Assembly: GCA_963575745.1 (NCBI GenBank)
Contig: CAUYUJ010000149.1
Span: 1-64,000, forward strand
Origin: Prorocentrum cordatum
Lineage: Eukaryota
Reading direction: 5' to 3'
Length of the DNA: 64,000 nt
In this document: positions 37,505 to 51,250 of the stretch, piece by piece
How the letters are laid out: every line of letters begins with the position of its first letter
How positions within the stretch are numbered: position 1 is the stretch's first letter
The notes under the pieces: model-generated
Seen by the model: the letters and a program-made list of their open reading frames with translations, nothing else
Database searches by the model: none
What the model was told of the DNA's origin: nothing
Made by a program: the position numbers and the translations under genes

Positions 37505-37920
37505 TCCCAGACCCCCCCCGGCCCGGGCCCCCCCCTGCCCAGACCCCCCCGTCCGGACCTGGTCCGGCCCCCCCCGGTCTGGACCCCCCCAGCCCGGGCC
37601 TCCCCGGCCCGGACCCCCCCGGCCCGGACCCCCCGGTCCAAACCCGGACCAAATTTCCCCGGTCGCCCCCCGGTCCGGGCCCGCGCTGGCCCGCGGCCCC
37701 CGGCCCGGACTCCCCGCCCAGTCCGGACATCCCCAGTCTGCACCATGGACCCCCCTTCGGCCCGGACCCCCCGGCCCCCCCGGCCCGGGCACCCCCCCCG
37801 GCCCGGGCGCCCCTCGGGCCCTGGCCTGCATGGACCTGCTCGGCCCGGGCCCCTTCGATCAGGATCCCGCCGGTCCGAAGCCCCCCATGCAGTGCTCTCC
37901 CCCAGCCCGGCCCCGCCTCC
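37505..37920. repeat. CCGGACCCC satellite array (copy 2), lying between elements 1 and 2
   Basis: Repeated CCGG(A/C)CCCCC units. Confidence 0.85.
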
Positions 37921-38513
37921 GGACTGGCCTGCTTTGCAGAATTGTGCGCAAAGCCACTTGCATGTTGGTTGCAAGTTTGGTTATAAGCCTGCCAAGCGCA
38001 ATTATAGAAGGGGCAACCACTGATATAACCAACGCAGTTGAATACTTGTCAGTTATAACTTTCAGAAGTTGGTAATTCGCTACATCAGGATGAAGCGTAT
38101 AGAAGTGACTTACAAACGCACTTGGCAACCCCATTTTAGTTTGTAGCATCTCTGGCACAATCAACATATACTCCAGGGAATCAACTGGCATGCAGTTAAT
38201 GATCAGATGCACCGCAACCGAGAGGAAACGGCCTGACCCTCCGAACACTTACGAGCACGGCGTCTCAACAAAGGGCGAGATGAGACCAGTTACGGGCCAA
38301 CTAGTTGTTTGCGTGCGGAGGCCTCGTCGCCGCCGCCGCGCCGCCGCCGCCGTCGCCGTCGCCGTCGCCACTGCCGTCGTCGTCGTCGTCGCCGCCGCGG
38401 CCGCTGTCGTCGCCGCCGCCGCTCGACCAGCGGACCCCGTCATTGTCGTCGCCGTCGTCGTCGGTTGTACTCTCCCTCCAGGGGGGCCTCGCGCGACGAC
38501 GATCGCGACGACC

Positions 38514-38556
<43 letters not shown>

Positions 38557-39199
38557 ACCCGTCGGCAGGCCTCGAAAGTTTGGAGGATGAGTACGACCGA
38601 AGACGACCTCTTGGGGGGGGGGAGAGGAGGGGAAGCAAGCGACGGCGGCGCGCTAGCCTCGAAGTCGCCGAAGCGGCACCCGCCCACCCCGCGGGCGCGG
38701 GCGCGGGCGCTGCCCCCCCCCCCTCCCACCCACCCGCGCTCCATCCCTCATCCGTCCTCCCCCTTTCTCTCCTCTATCCCCCATTCCTCCTTCGTTCTTT
38801 CTCCTCCCTCCCCCTCCCCGTCCTCCTCACCCGCCTTCTCCGCCCCCTCCGTCCCTCTCCTTCCTACTCCCTCCCTCTCTCCTCCGCTTCCTCCCCCCCC
38901 TCCCCCATCGCCCTCCCCCCTCTCGCTCCTCCCTCGTAGTGATACGGGCTGGTTTTCGGACTCGTTTGGCGCGAGCGCCATCACTGCATCAATCAGCTAG
39001 GGGCGCGAGCGCCCATGGCGGCGTGCAACCAGCAAGCCTGCGATTGCCACAACTCGTGGCCCAAAATACGAGTGTCTCACACTCTGCGGTGGCCCCGCAA
39101 TGGGGCCTTGCTCTGAGATTTCCCTTCCCTTACCCGTCCCCTGATTCCCCTCCACGCCGATCTATCACTGGCAGCCGTGCGCCGCCTATGATTTCACGT

Positions 39200-39406
39200 G
39201 CCTGACGAGGGCAGCCCCCGCTGCCTTCGGATCAACCGAATAGTAAAAGGCCTTATCGACCCGCTCACCGTCCTTCAAGGCCCTCCAGCGCTGGGTGGGA
39301 ACAGACGTGTAGATACTCTAACCCCAGCGGGGTGCCAGGCATATCGTAGATCGTCGTCGTCGCGCGTCGTCGTCGTCGCCGTCGTCGATGTCGTCGTCGC
39401 CGTCGC

Positions 39407-39437
<31 letters not shown>

Positions 39438-42061
39438 ATCGTCGCCGCCGTCGGCGGAACGATCCGCGCGAGGGGCCGGCCGAGATTTTTCGGGGTGGTC
39501 GGGCCAATCGGAAGACGGCTTGATGTTGAAGCTGCGGTAGCGGAACGGCTTCTGGGGGCTCGTCGGGGCGCCTGGGCACGCCAGGCTCGAGATCTTCGTG
39601 GGAGTGGTCGCCTGCGCAGCGGCCGCAGGGCGCCTGCGCACCGTCGTGGCCGCCGCGGCCGCCGCGGCGGGGCGCTTGAGGACCGCCTTCTTGCGCTCCT
39701 TGCCCTTCCCCGCCGCCGAAGCCCGCGCGCCCTTGCCCTTCTTGCCGTTCTTCTTGCCGCCCACGACGCCCAGGAACCTGGGCAAACATGGGCACGGGAA
39801 CGGCAGCAGCGGGGCGGGGGGCGGGGCTTCTGGAGTCGAAGCGCACCAGTCGTCCGAGCCGCGCCCCGCCGTGGCGACGAGGGGGGGGGAGCGCCCTCAT
39901 GCCAGACGGCAGTGGGCCCCGACCTTCGGAGACGAGCGAGGCGCCATCCAAGTTGCCCTGAGGCCCCCGATGCGGCCGGATGACGGCACCCACCCCCTCC
40001 CTCCCCCTCCCGCCCGACCGACCCTCCGCCACCCGCCCTCCACAACCCCTCCTCCACGATCCTTGATATATATGTATATATACATATGTATACATACATT
40101 TATTTATATATATATATGTGTGTGTATGTATGTATGTATGTATGTACGTACGTATGTATGTATGCATGCATGCATGTATGTATGTATGTTTGTATGTATG
40201 TATGTATGTACGTATGTATGTATGTATGTAGGTAGGTAGGTAGGTAGGTAGGTAGGTAGGTAGGTCCTAGATCACCCCCTTGATCTTCCCTGGCCGCTCA
40301 TCGGCCATGCCGTCGACGTCCAGCACGGGCCGCGCGGCGGCGTCGGCGGCCGAGGCTCCTCTCGCCGCGGGGGCAGAGGTCATGCATTTTGTGGTGGGAA
40401 GGGTGGAAGGGTATGGAGGCTGCCCATAGGGGTGGCTGGAGGGATCGCTCGAGGCAGCTAGGGAGGGGTTGGACGGGCTGTGGAATGGTGCGATGAGGGT
40501 GAAAGGGAGGGGAGGAGGGATTGGGGTGAGAGCGTGGGTTGTTGGCAGGATGGTGGCGTCGGCGGCTGGGGGAGGAGGGAGGGGGGGGGTGTTCTTCGGG
40601 AGATGGCTGTGGAGGAGTGGGGATTGCATGGAGGGCAATTGGCACAGCCCGCACTCCCAAGCCATCCAACCCCGCCGCCGTCGCCGTCGCCATCGCCGCA
40701 GTCCTTGTCGCCGTCGTCGCCGCCGCCGTCGTCGCCGTCGTCACCGCCGCCGCCGCCGTCGTCGTAACCGCCGTCGTCGCCGCCGCCTCCGATTCCTCCG
40801 ACTCCTCCTCATCGCCCTCCCCCTTACCCCCATCACTTATCCCCGCCGCCATCATTATCACCCCACTCAGTCCTGCTACGCCGTCCGCGGGGAACCCAAA
40901 GCCCGCTTGGGCAGGCGCCGCGCCGCCCTGCGTGGGCGCGACGGGGGCCGCCCCGCCTGGCTGCTGCGCAGCCGCAGCCTCCTGTGGCGGCGCCCCGAGA
41001 GGAGGGTGCGCCTCCGCGCAGCCACCCGTGAAGCCCTGGTAGCGCGGCTGGTAGTACTGCTGGTACTGCGGCTGGTGCGGCGGCTGGTACGGCACCATCG
41101 CACCGCCAAGATGCCCGTGGTGATGGCCATGCTGGCCTGGCTGCTGCAGGCCTGGCTGGCCCCTGAACCCGCCCTGACCCGTCAGCCGCAAGCCAGGGCA
41201 ATACGGGTCCCCTGCCTCATGCATGCCATCAGCGAGCCCGAGCGCCATCGACTGCCCGAGCCCCCCGCGCTGGCGCCTGACAGGGCGCGTGGGCTGCGAG
41301 ATCGCGTGGTGGGAGACGCGGCACGGCAACTTCTGCTGGAGCATGAAGATGATCGTCTCGTTCAGGGGGCAGGGCACGGGCGGCGCGTCAATCGGGTAGG
41401 CTTTGTCCCACACCAGCTTGTCCATCGTCGACAGATCCTGCGGGTTGTCGGGGTAGTGCTGCACTCGGCCGTGGTGCGGCAGGCGGAACCGAGCGCGCAG
41501 CATCGCAAGCTCCTGGCCGATGGCATCCTTCTGGCGAAGGCACTCGGTTGCGTCCTCCACGGGGCGCATGCCTGGAGGGGTCCTGCACGCGACCCAAACA
41601 CACCAGATGTCACGCTTGCAAGTCTCCGACGGGCTGACGAGCCCCATATCGTCGCACCGCTGGGACAGACTCTGGAGCGCCTCCGCGAAGGTGGTGTGCG
41701 GGGCCATCCACAGCTCCAACATGCCCTTGGTCATGTAGCGGTGGAAAGTCGGGCAATTCTGGCCAAGCTGGCGGCCGCCCGCGTGGCTGCCGCCGCCGCG
41801 TTGACCTGGCCGCCGCGGGGCGCCTGTGTCAATCTTGCCTTTCAGAATCTCGATGATTTCCCTGCGATCCGACAGGGGCAAGTCTGTGCCGTTCATCATG
41901 GACATGACCGCAGTTGCATCCGTGAGCTCGACCGTGTGCTGCGCCGCGGCGACCGTCTTGAAACGAGCAGCTGCGTCTGCGAGGTCCACCGTGCCGGCGA
42001 CTTCCTTCTGCACTTGCATGTGCTCTGCGATCTCGCGGCACGCCTGCGCGACGTGGGTCAT
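39200..42061 (-). CDS. ORF-A homolog (unknown family), interrupted in its C-terminal half by low-complexity and satellite inserts
   Basis: MTHVAQAC...GQNCPTFHRYMT...W...MGLVSPSETC...YPDNPQDL...WDKAYPIDAPP aligns by eye with ORF-A. Probable basic tail KKAVLKRPAA at 39.5-39.8 kb. SL-like motif at 42134-42149. Confidence 0.6.
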
Positions 42062-43478
42062 CGCACCAGCAGCCAGGGAAACGGAACTAGGTGAAGATAA
42101 ACAGCAATCAGCACGGTGCGCAATGCCCCAACGCTCGAGCCAAAAGCTAACTCCGCAAAGCAAGGGCAGGGCGGGTGTGGGGAGGCGGGCGCCGAACGCA
42201 TCTGCGCGCAGCGCCGTGCACGGCACGCCAGCGGCGCCCCGCCCCTGCGGCCCTCGCGTTGCCACGCCACCTGAAACAAATAACTATCAACACCGTCCGC
42301 ATGTGCATCGCCCCACCCGTCATCCTGCTCCTCCTCCTTCTCCTCCTCCCCCTCCTCATCATCATCATCATCCGCCTCCTCCTCCCCCTCCTCCTCCTTC
42401 TCCTGCTCCTCCCCCTCCCCTAATCGCAAGTGCGCAGCGCAAGCAGAGGTGCCTCCGCCTGGTCCCCACCCTCCCTCCATCACGCCTCTCCTCCGCCTGC
42501 TGAGCGAGGGGGGAAGGAGGGGTGGGGGGGGGGGGAATGGGGGAGGGCGCATCACCTCACGCTCCCACGTCACAGGGGAGAGGCTGGAGCCCCGCAAGCC
42601 CTCTAGTGCGCGGGTTGCCTACAGCGTCTCCTCTTCCAACCCCCTTCTTCCCCATCGGGGAGGGGTTTACCCACCCGCCCACCCCCTATACTTTCTCCCG
42701 CGGACATGGACGGGCGGGTCGCGAGAGGGCGATGCGTCCAGGATGGCCCAAGACGGCTCCAAGAGCGCCCCAGAGCTCAAGATGACCTCCAGGATAGCTC
42801 AAGACAGCCCGAGGCTCATTACGATCATCATTCCTTATCCTACTCAATATTTTCCTCCTCCTCGTCATCGCCCTCCCCATCACATCAATCGCACTTCTCC
42901 CCACTCCCTCGCCCACCCCTCCAGCCTCCTCCGTCCCCTCCCCCCTCCTTCGCACGGTTCGACTGTCACCGTATTTGGTACCGCACTTCTCGGATCACCT
43001 CAACTCGCCTGGTCGATGGGCTGGTGGGGGTACGTGAGGCGTCTAGACTTTCTCATCGTACATTCGGGGCGATAGCGATCGGCGAGCCGACTGCCCCGTG
43101 TCGTATGCGCTGGCAACTCAGGCGATGCTGGCGGGCACCTACGGCACTGCCAGCTACAGCAAAGCCTGCGGCGCGCTGGCAGGACAGCTGCTACGCTGGC
43201 GGGCGGGCGTCGGAGGAGGATGAGGATGAGGTGGGTGATGATGAAGGGAGGGGGTCCGGCCGTAGGGATGGCGGTGTTTGTTTTTTTTTGGGGGGGGGCC
43301 GAGGAGGCGACCTTTGGCGGTGGCCGACGCGCGCGACGGCGAGAGCCGACTGCCCGCGGGCAGCTTGGGCAAGAAGAGCCAGTTGAGACGGGGGGGGCGC
43401 GAAAGCACGGGCCAGCAACCAGCAACAAAAAAAAAACCTGACCGACGCGGATTCTGGCGAGCCGCCGTGCTCTACCCT

Positions 43479-44099
43479 CTACCCGCGCTTATGCGGCGGC
43501 ACATAGGGCGCCATGAGCGTAATGGCGCCCAGGTCCTCGAACTTGCGGGGCAAGAGGCGCTGGTGGACTGGCGGGCGGTCCAACTCGAAGCCGTACGCGG
43601 TCTCCTCGAACTCAGCGATGACGTCCTTCGGGCTCTTCTGGATGATGCGGCCAAGAATGCTGGCGGCGGCGTGCTTGGTAAAGCGCACGGTCTGATCCTT
43701 GCGAGCAAGCTTGCCCCTCAAATTATTGATCCTCACCTTCTGCTGCTCGATGGTATTCTGCTGGCGCTTGACTGTCGCCTCGCTGCTCTTCAACTGATTG
43801 GACTGCTGGCGCTTGGCGCTGATTGTTGCCTGCTGGCGATCAATCCTCTTTTGCTTGCTGATGATGGTCCTGCGCATCGTGCCAATAGTCCGCCTGTGCT
43901 GCTGGATGGTCACCTTCTGGTTCATGTTGCGCGTGACCACCGTCAGATGCTTGCGCTCGTACGTATCGATGATCTTGCCGATGTCGTGGTCGATAGGCTT
44001 GTCGGGTTTGCCCGCGGACTTGCTGCTGCTCGGCGCCTGAGTCGTCGCCTGCTTGTTGCTGCTGGTCGGCGCCTTAGTCTGCTTCGCCTTCGAAGCCAT
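43479..44099 (-). CDS. 206-aa basic coiled-coil protein, intronless, function unknown
   Basis: Clean ORF with a GCCATGG start and heptad-like 'TI..Q' repeats; SL-like TCAGTAGCCATTTCGGTT at 44157-44174. Confidence 0.65.
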   Translation of the reverse strand: MASKAKQTKAPTSSNKQATTQAPSSSKSAGKPDKPIDHDIGKIIDTYERKHLTVVTRNMNQKVTIQQHRRTIGTMRRTIISKQKRIDRQQATISAKRQQSNQLKSSEATVKRQQNTIEQQKVRINNLRGKLARKDQTVRFTKHAAASILGRIIQKSPKDVIAEFEETAYGFELDRPPVHQRLLPRKFEDLGAITLMAPYVPPHKRG

Positions 44100-45349
44100 G
44101 GCCGAGATGGCCGAGGATGCTGAGATCGTTTGGATGCCAGAACGACTGCTTAAGCAAACCGAAATGGCTACTGACGAAACGGGCTAGTTTCACAAGCGAG
44201 GCACCCCGTCGACCTTGCGAGTTTCTCTGGCGCGCAAACCATCCGCCCGCCTACGCGGAGGGCCAGGGGGCGCCCTATGTGGTGCCGAGGTGCAACTACC
44301 CCCATAGCCCCTCCCCTCACACCCGCCGAGCGCCAAACGAAAGCCCTTGAGCGCCGCCAGAGGGGGCTCGATGCGCATGGCCTGGGGCGCGCCCCGCCCC
44401 CCACCACCCACTCCACCCCCAGGCCACTAGCCATGCATTGACACGTTGACCCAGGTGCGCTCGATATTCCTAGCAAGGGCGCGGGGTGTCGGGAGGGGGA
44501 GGGGCGTCATTATTCCATGCGCACGAGGGGCCACGGGGGGGTGGAGGGGGGGAGGAACGCTATACTGAAGGTTTACAGCCTGCCGCTCCAACCCCATGCA
44601 CAATGTCGGGACCAATGCCCTGGACATGACCATCTGGATTGCTCCCATATGGCTCCAGGGCCCAGACGACGCGACACCCTAGCAGACGCCCATGTGCATC
44701 GTATCGTTCTCTTGGGTGCTTCCCGAGGCCTGCGGCTCCATTGGGTGGCTCCAAGCCTGCCAAACTCCCCCCCGCACGGCCGTGCGGCGCACGACGCAGA
44801 ATGCACATGCCACGCTGCGTACCTACGGAACTGGCCACTGAAAACGCTCGTGCGCGAACTGAGGGCAACAGAAACCAAGCAAGTTCCAATGCTTGGCGAC
44901 ATCTCGCGCAATGCAGCGAGAGCGACCGAGGCTCCTTGGGGCCTGGCGAAGTTCCCCAGCCAAAAGGCAACCACCGAGCAGGCGCGCAGCACCGTCGCGG
45001 GGAGGGGAGGGAGCCCCACAGAAAACAAATACCCAACACACGGTCGCATGCCCTAAGAAATCACATGCAAGAAGGGTTGGGGGAGGAGGGGTGCCATATC
45101 TGCTATTTCCCACCGCGCGCGGCGAAGACTCCGCCATCGTCGGGCGGCGAGGCTTGCCCTCGACAGTCTGTGAGCGTGCAACGCTGTTGCTTACGCACAC
45201 CTTAAACATGAATGCGCAGATGTACATATGCACGGATGGCGGAAGCAAGTCGCATTATCGGCGGCGCGCCTGGCAATGGCACGCGAGCGCCTAGAAAACA
45301 TGGCGGCGCGACATTCAGAGCTGATGGGGGGTGGATCGGACCAGTGAGA

Positions 45350-46990
45350 TACGTCGGTGTCGCCGTTCGTCGTTCGTCGCCGACGTCGAGATCGTCGCCG
45401 TCGTCGTCGCTGTCGTCGTCGCCGCCGCCGCCGCCGCCGTCGTCGTCGTCTCCGTCGTCGCCGCCGCCGTCGTCGCCGTCGTCGTACCCTCCCCCCCCCT
45501 CCGCCCCGCCCTCCTCACCATCCCCGTCATCGTCGTCATTGTCATCCCCCCCCTTCTGCAGCCTCCCCGCCCACCCTTATTTGCGCCCTCCACCTGCCCC
45601 AATCGTCAGTACACCCCTCATTCAGAATCCAGACATCCACCCTCTCTACCGAGCGCGCGCTGGCTGCTGGCCCCCGCTGGGCGCGGCAGCGGAGGACGCA
45701 CCGACGGATGCACATGAACGACTGCACGCCGATGCCGTTCGCGACCCCACGCACCTACCAGGCGCGGGGGGAGGGCGGCGGGACGACGGCGGCAAAAGCG
45801 TCGGCGACGGCGACGACGCCCTCGACGACGGCGGCGGCTGCGACGATGTAGACAATGACGACGACGACGACGATGGCTGCGGCGAAATTGACGAGAACGG
45901 CGGCGACAACGACAACGGCGGCGGCGACCGCGGCGGCTGCGGCGACGACATCGGCGGCGACGTCGGCACGGAGGCGGAGGAGAAGGAGGAGGACGACGAC
46001 GGCGACGAGCACCACGACGGCGGCGGCGGCGACGGCGGCGACGGCATCGGCGGCGACGTCGAGGCGGGGGAGGGCGACGCCGACTGAGGCGACGACGACG
46101 ACGACGACGGCGGCAGCTCCCTGCTCTATCAGAGGATCGCCGACCCTTGCTCTTAAGGCCCCCTCCCAGCTCCAAGTCGTGTTCGCCGTCGGCGGTGCCG
46201 CCGTCGTCGCCGCCGCCGATGTCGTCGTCGTCGTCGTCGCCGTCGTTGCCGCCGCCGTCGTCGCCGTCGTCGTACCCTCCCCCTCCCTCTCCGCCTCGCC
46301 CTCCTCGCCATCCTCATCATCGTCGTCATTGTCATCCTCCCCCTGCTGCAGCCTCCTCGCCCACCCTCATCAGCGCCCTCCACCCCGCCCCAATCGCCAG
46401 CACACCCCTCATTCAAAATCCAGACATCCACCCTCTCTACCGAGCGCGCGCTGGCTGCTGGCCCCCGCTGGGCGCGGCAGCGGAGGACGCACCGACGGAT
46501 GCGCATGAACGGCTGCGCGCCGAAGCCGTTCGCGATCTCACGCACCTACCAGGCGCGGGGGGAGGGCGGCGGGACGACGGCGGCAAAAGCGTCGGCGACG
46601 GCGACGACGCCCCCGACGACGGCGGCGGATGCGACGAGGTAGACAGTGGCGACGACGACGATGGCTGCGGCGAAGTTGACGAGAACGGCGGCGACAACGA
46701 CAACGGCGGCGGCAACCGCGGCGGCTGCAGCGACGACATCGGCGGCGACGTCGATACGGAGGCGGAGGAGAAGGAGGAGGACGACGGCGACGACGAGCAC
46801 AACGTCGGCGGCGGCGGCGACGGCGGCGACGGCATCGGCGGCGACGTCGAGGCGGGGGAGGACGACGCCGTGCCGCCGACGTCGCCGCCGCCGATGTCGT
46901 CGTCGTCGTCGTCGTCGTCGTGATCGTCGTCGCCGCTGCCGCCGCAACCGACGTCGCCACCGTCGTCGCCGCCGCCGCCGCCACCGCCGT
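45350..46990. repeat. Tandem duplication of an ~790-bp GTC/GAC-rich unit
   Basis: CCCTCATTCA.AATCCAGACATCCACCCTCTCTACCGAGCG... at about 45615 and 46406. Each copy has GTC tracts on the left and GAC tracts on the right. Confidence 0.9.
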
Positions 46991-47189
46991 CGTCGTCGTC
47001 GCAGGGCGCAACATACCGAGCACTACGGAATTGGGCGCGAGCGCCAGAGTTGTCTCGACCAGCCGTCCGCATTCGGCTAGTGGCTAACAGGGCGAGCCCT
47101 TCACTGATATCTAGGAGCAACACAGAATGCGCTGCACCTAAAGCAAAACTTTAAAATTGCAACTTGCAGCAATCGTATTCGGCCCAGCT

Positions 47190-47860
47190 TCACTCAGTGA
47201 GGCGCTTGATCTCGTCGCGGACCTCGAACGCGATGTGGTACCTCCGCTTCCGAGAACAGTGCGGCGGCGGGGCAGCCCCAATCTCATCCTCCAGCGCCTT
47301 GTAGATGAAGACGGCATTGCGGGCGCACTGAATGGCAACATCCATCGAGTCGAAGGTGCGGCCGAGACGAAGTAGTCGGGGGGGGGAGGCCACTGCCGCC
47401 TGCCCCAGGGGGCGGCGTTGGCGTCGAGGACGCCTCGGCGTCGGCGTCGCCCACCTTGTCAGATCCCGCCCCGTCGGCGTCGTCGCCCACCTTGCCAGGT
47501 TCCGCCCTGTCGGCTGGATCGGCGGCATGGCCCTGGCCGCCCTCGTCGCCGTCCTCTGGCGGGCCGAGCTCGTCGGAGTTGCTGGGCTTCGCGTCAAAGT
47601 CGGGCAAGTCGGGCAAAGCAGAGGGGCTCCCGCCAGCGCCAACCGCACCGCCCGAATTCGGATGCGTGCTATCGCGCGGTTCGGGCGTCCACGCATTCAC
47701 GGACGCCCTGGCCCACAGCCTCGACTGGTACGAGTCGTCGCTGAAGCCAGAGTTGCCAACAGCGTATTCGGCACCCGCCATCCCCTGGAAGGCGCAAGTT
47801 CAGACTGAGTTCGCTGTGCGAGGGCGCGCGGTCGGAAGCTTGAGCCACGTGTCCTACGAA
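47190..47860 (-). pseudogene. Possible decayed cargo ORF of unknown function
   Basis: Protein-like segments AEYAVGNSGFSDDSYQSRLWARASVNAW and AIQCARNAVFIYKALEDEIG...RYHIAFEVRDEIKRLTE in different frames. Confidence 0.35.
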
Positions 47861-49313
47861 TCCGCCTAAGCGGCAGGCACCAGGCCCTGTATGAGCTGCG
47901 GGCGAGAGCACTTAATGACAACAATATCATTAGCCTTCTGAGCCAATGAGGCCCAACGGGATACCTACTCGCTCGCCCAACACTTCTGATCTGTCTGTTT
48001 ATGCGTGATGGGCGGGAGGGAGGGCGGAGGGGGGGAGGTCGTTTACATGTCGGCTAGCTCGTCCCATTGTCAGCACAGTCGAGCCGCGCCCCTCCCCCCT
48101 ACCGAGAAGGCTGGATCTCTTGGGCTTTTGGAGTACCAGGCCTGCCCTCCTCCCCCTTATCGCACTTGCCACCCGCTATCGCCACCGCAATCCTCCTTCT
48201 CCTCCTGTTTCCATTCCCCCTCCCCATCCACCTCCCCATTCCCCCCCCCTCCCCCCTCCCCCTGGTTCCACCCGCGCACCCCGCCCGCCCGCTTGGTTGA
48301 TCAGTCCATGCACTTGTGCTTTCGGCCCCCCCGTCAACTCTCCAGGGCATCGTTTCTGGATGGGATGGCTGGGCGCTCGACTCGCCAATCATTGGTCGCA
48401 AGCCGCCGCTGCACATGCTGGGAATGACTGGGGGGGAGGGCTCAGGAAGTGGCGGGCGGTGACATGGCAGAACGAATGCGATAAGAAGGAGGGCGTTGGA
48501 TTGGGAAAACGAAATGGGAGGGGGCAACGCACGGGGGTCTCAAGCGGACCGTCGCCCAACCCGCACGAGGCCAGCGACCCCTGCTCTTCGGCGCCCACGC
48601 GGAGGCGCTGGCGCGGCCGAGGCAGGATCGGCCCCTGGAGGCCCGCTCGGATAAATGATTGCGTGGGTGTCGGCAGACGGGGGGATAGGGTGGCGGGAAT
48701 CGTCGTCGTCGTCGTCGTCGTCGTTGCCGTCGTCGTCGTAGTCGCCGTAGTCGTCGCCGTGGTCACGGCCGTCGCCGTTGTCGCCCTCGCAACGATCGCA
48801 AGGCCTGAGGAGCTGATACGCGCTGACACCCGCGCTGATACCCATCAAGTTGGAATGCGCTGATACCCGATCTAGCTGAGACATCCATCATCTGATACTC
48901 GCTGACACCCATGCGTGATACCATCAGCGCTCAACGCGCTGACACCAGCTGACACCCTGCTGATACCCCTGCTCAGGTGGCACATGTTGGGTGTGATGCG
49001 CAGTGATGGTGGGCGGGGTGTGCGGTGATGATGATGCATGTGTTTTTTTGCACGCACTTGATCGAGGGTTGGCGCGAGCGCCACCAGCTGCAATGGGCGC
49101 GAGCACCCTGCAGGTGGCGAGCGCGAGCGCTCGCACAGCTTGTATCAATCAGCGGGCGCGAGCGCCCCAAGAGCTGCGCAACCAGCAAGCCTGCGAAGAA
49201 ACCACAACAGCCGACGAGTGTACGTACTGAGCTCTGGCCGAGCGCCCTACGCGCCGCGCAAGGCCGAGCTACCCAAAAACTGCGCACTCTAACGATAGCC
49301 AAGGTCACAGCGT

Positions 49314-51159
49314 CTAAGCCTTAGCCTTGATGCCCTTCGCCTTCGCCTTGGCCTTGCCCTTGCCACGCCCCTTCCCCTTCTGCTTGCCCGAGGCCTTGGG
49401 CCTGGCGGTCGTGGCAGCCCCTACGGCCTTGCGCTTGCCACGCCCCGCGGCCTTGCCATCGGCGCCATCCGCAGCACCAGCGGCCGCGGGCACCTGGGCC
49501 GACCCGAGTCGGAGTGTGTCGGCCGAGAGAGCATCGCCCTCGGAATCGCGGGCATCGCTCTCGGGTTCGCCAACGAAATTCTCGGCATCGAAGATTTCCT
49601 GAAGACTCTCGGAACCAGCGAACGGTGCGACTCCAGCCGACGCCGCCGACTCCCTGGATACAAAGGCCTGGGGCGACTCGAGGCCGCTGGAAGTCATGCC
49701 CGAGCCGCCGCGGTCAAGGGCGGCCGAATCGCCCGCCGCCGATCCACTGGGCCCCGAGGCCCCTGCCTCCTCCGCCGCCGCTGCGGCCCCCGCAGCCCCC
49801 TCCTCCGAAGACTCCCCCAACGTCGCCGCCGCATCCTTCTCCGCCTGCGCGGCCAAGATGGGCTCCGCCACGTCCTCGAGCATGCCTGCGGCGCTGGCCC
49901 GACCACCCACCCACCCTCTCGCCCGTCCTCACGTTCCCCTCCATTCACACCTACTGACGCCCCGCCTCCCGTATTGTCCTCGTCCTGTCCTCCGCCACAT
50001 CGCCCTCCCCAGTGACCCACTGGGGAGGGCGATGGGAGTGGTGGCAACGGCCGTCTGGGGAGCCGAGTTTTCGAGCTGCGTCCAACCGTGGCGACGAGGA
50101 TGGCCCGCCCACCTGGCTCTGGAAACAAATACCTCAAACCACACAGCAAACAACTACTCGAGCTCGTGTGCGTTCTGATGAATTGGACAACCCATGGCCG
50201 TCGAGCTTGGACTGGATGTCAATGTGCGAGTTCATCAGGGCCTCGGTGTGCTCGATCTTCAGCACGAGCGTCTGCTTCGTGAGCCCCTCGGCGGTGCGAA
50301 CCTCCTTGAACTCTTGGAGGGCCTGCTCGAGCTTGGAGTGCGAGGCTGCAGCTTGCTCCAGGGCGCGCGCGGACACGTGGCCGTCGGCCTCGGGGCTGTT
50401 CGCAACCATGATGGACTCGGCCGCGTCGAGGATGCACTGGCCCATGCGCTCCTCCAGCTTGTCGCTCCTGTTCAGGATGCCCTTCGGGATCTTCGAGCCT
50501 TTGGGCGCGGCTGGCTCCGTCGGCTCCTTCGGCGCTGCCAGCGCCTTCGGCTTCTTCAAGGTCTTCGCCCCTGAGATGTGCCTCGCCCTGGTGCTCTCAT
50601 CCGTCACTTTCCTGTGGTTCGAGAACTTGTAGTTCGGCACGTACACGTACTCGATATCCGTCATAGCGCACGTCTTCCTGGGCGCCCGCTCCAGCAGGTT
50701 CTGGAAGGCGGCAGGGTCGCGCTTGAAGCGCGGTAACTCGCGGGCCTCATTGACCTCCATGAAGTCGCCCTCCTCGACGAAGTCGGCCACGTTCGAATCC
50801 ACGCGCTTGGTCTCCAACGTCTCCGTCATCACCTTCTGCAAGCCGGGCCCGTACAGCCCGACGGCCGTCCTGTAGAATCCGGCCCGCTGGTCGCCTTCAA
50901 CCTCGCAGAAGCATTCGAAGCCCGACACGTTGTTGCGGACGGTCTGAACGCGCTTCTTGAGGCTGTTGCACTTCTTGTGGCACGCGATCTCCCTGCGGGT
51001 GTCCGAGCCCTCCTGCACCACCAGCTTCTCGGCCTCGTCCGTGATGGTGTCACAGCACAGGTAGCAGAAGCCGAGATCCACGTCCTCGACCGCCACGAGC
51101 TGGCCGCTCGCCGCCGCCGCGTCGGGTCCAGAGGCGGATGCTGCTGGGGCGAGGGACAT
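49314..51159 (-). CDS. Cargo gene with an N-terminal CxxC...HxxC motif and a K/G-rich basic tail; probably two segments (50160-51159 and 49314-~49890)
   Basis: 341-aa ORF MSLAPAAS...CYLCC...CHKKCNSLKKR...YVYVPNY, then ...KGKGRGKGKAKAKAK. SL-like motif at 51229-51250. Confidence 0.6.
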
Positions 51160-51250
51160 TGCTCTGCACGAGCGCGAACTGCCTGCGATGCAGGGCTAAG
51201 CTTGACAGCGCGAGGTCAAGGATAATGACTTGGACCAGAGATGCTATGGG

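Noticed and set aside
40469..42094. Long plus-strand ORF (541 aa), and similar antisense ORFs at 31456-32592 and 32905-34419
   Set aside because: Shadow ORFs opposite GC3-rich genes on the other strand.
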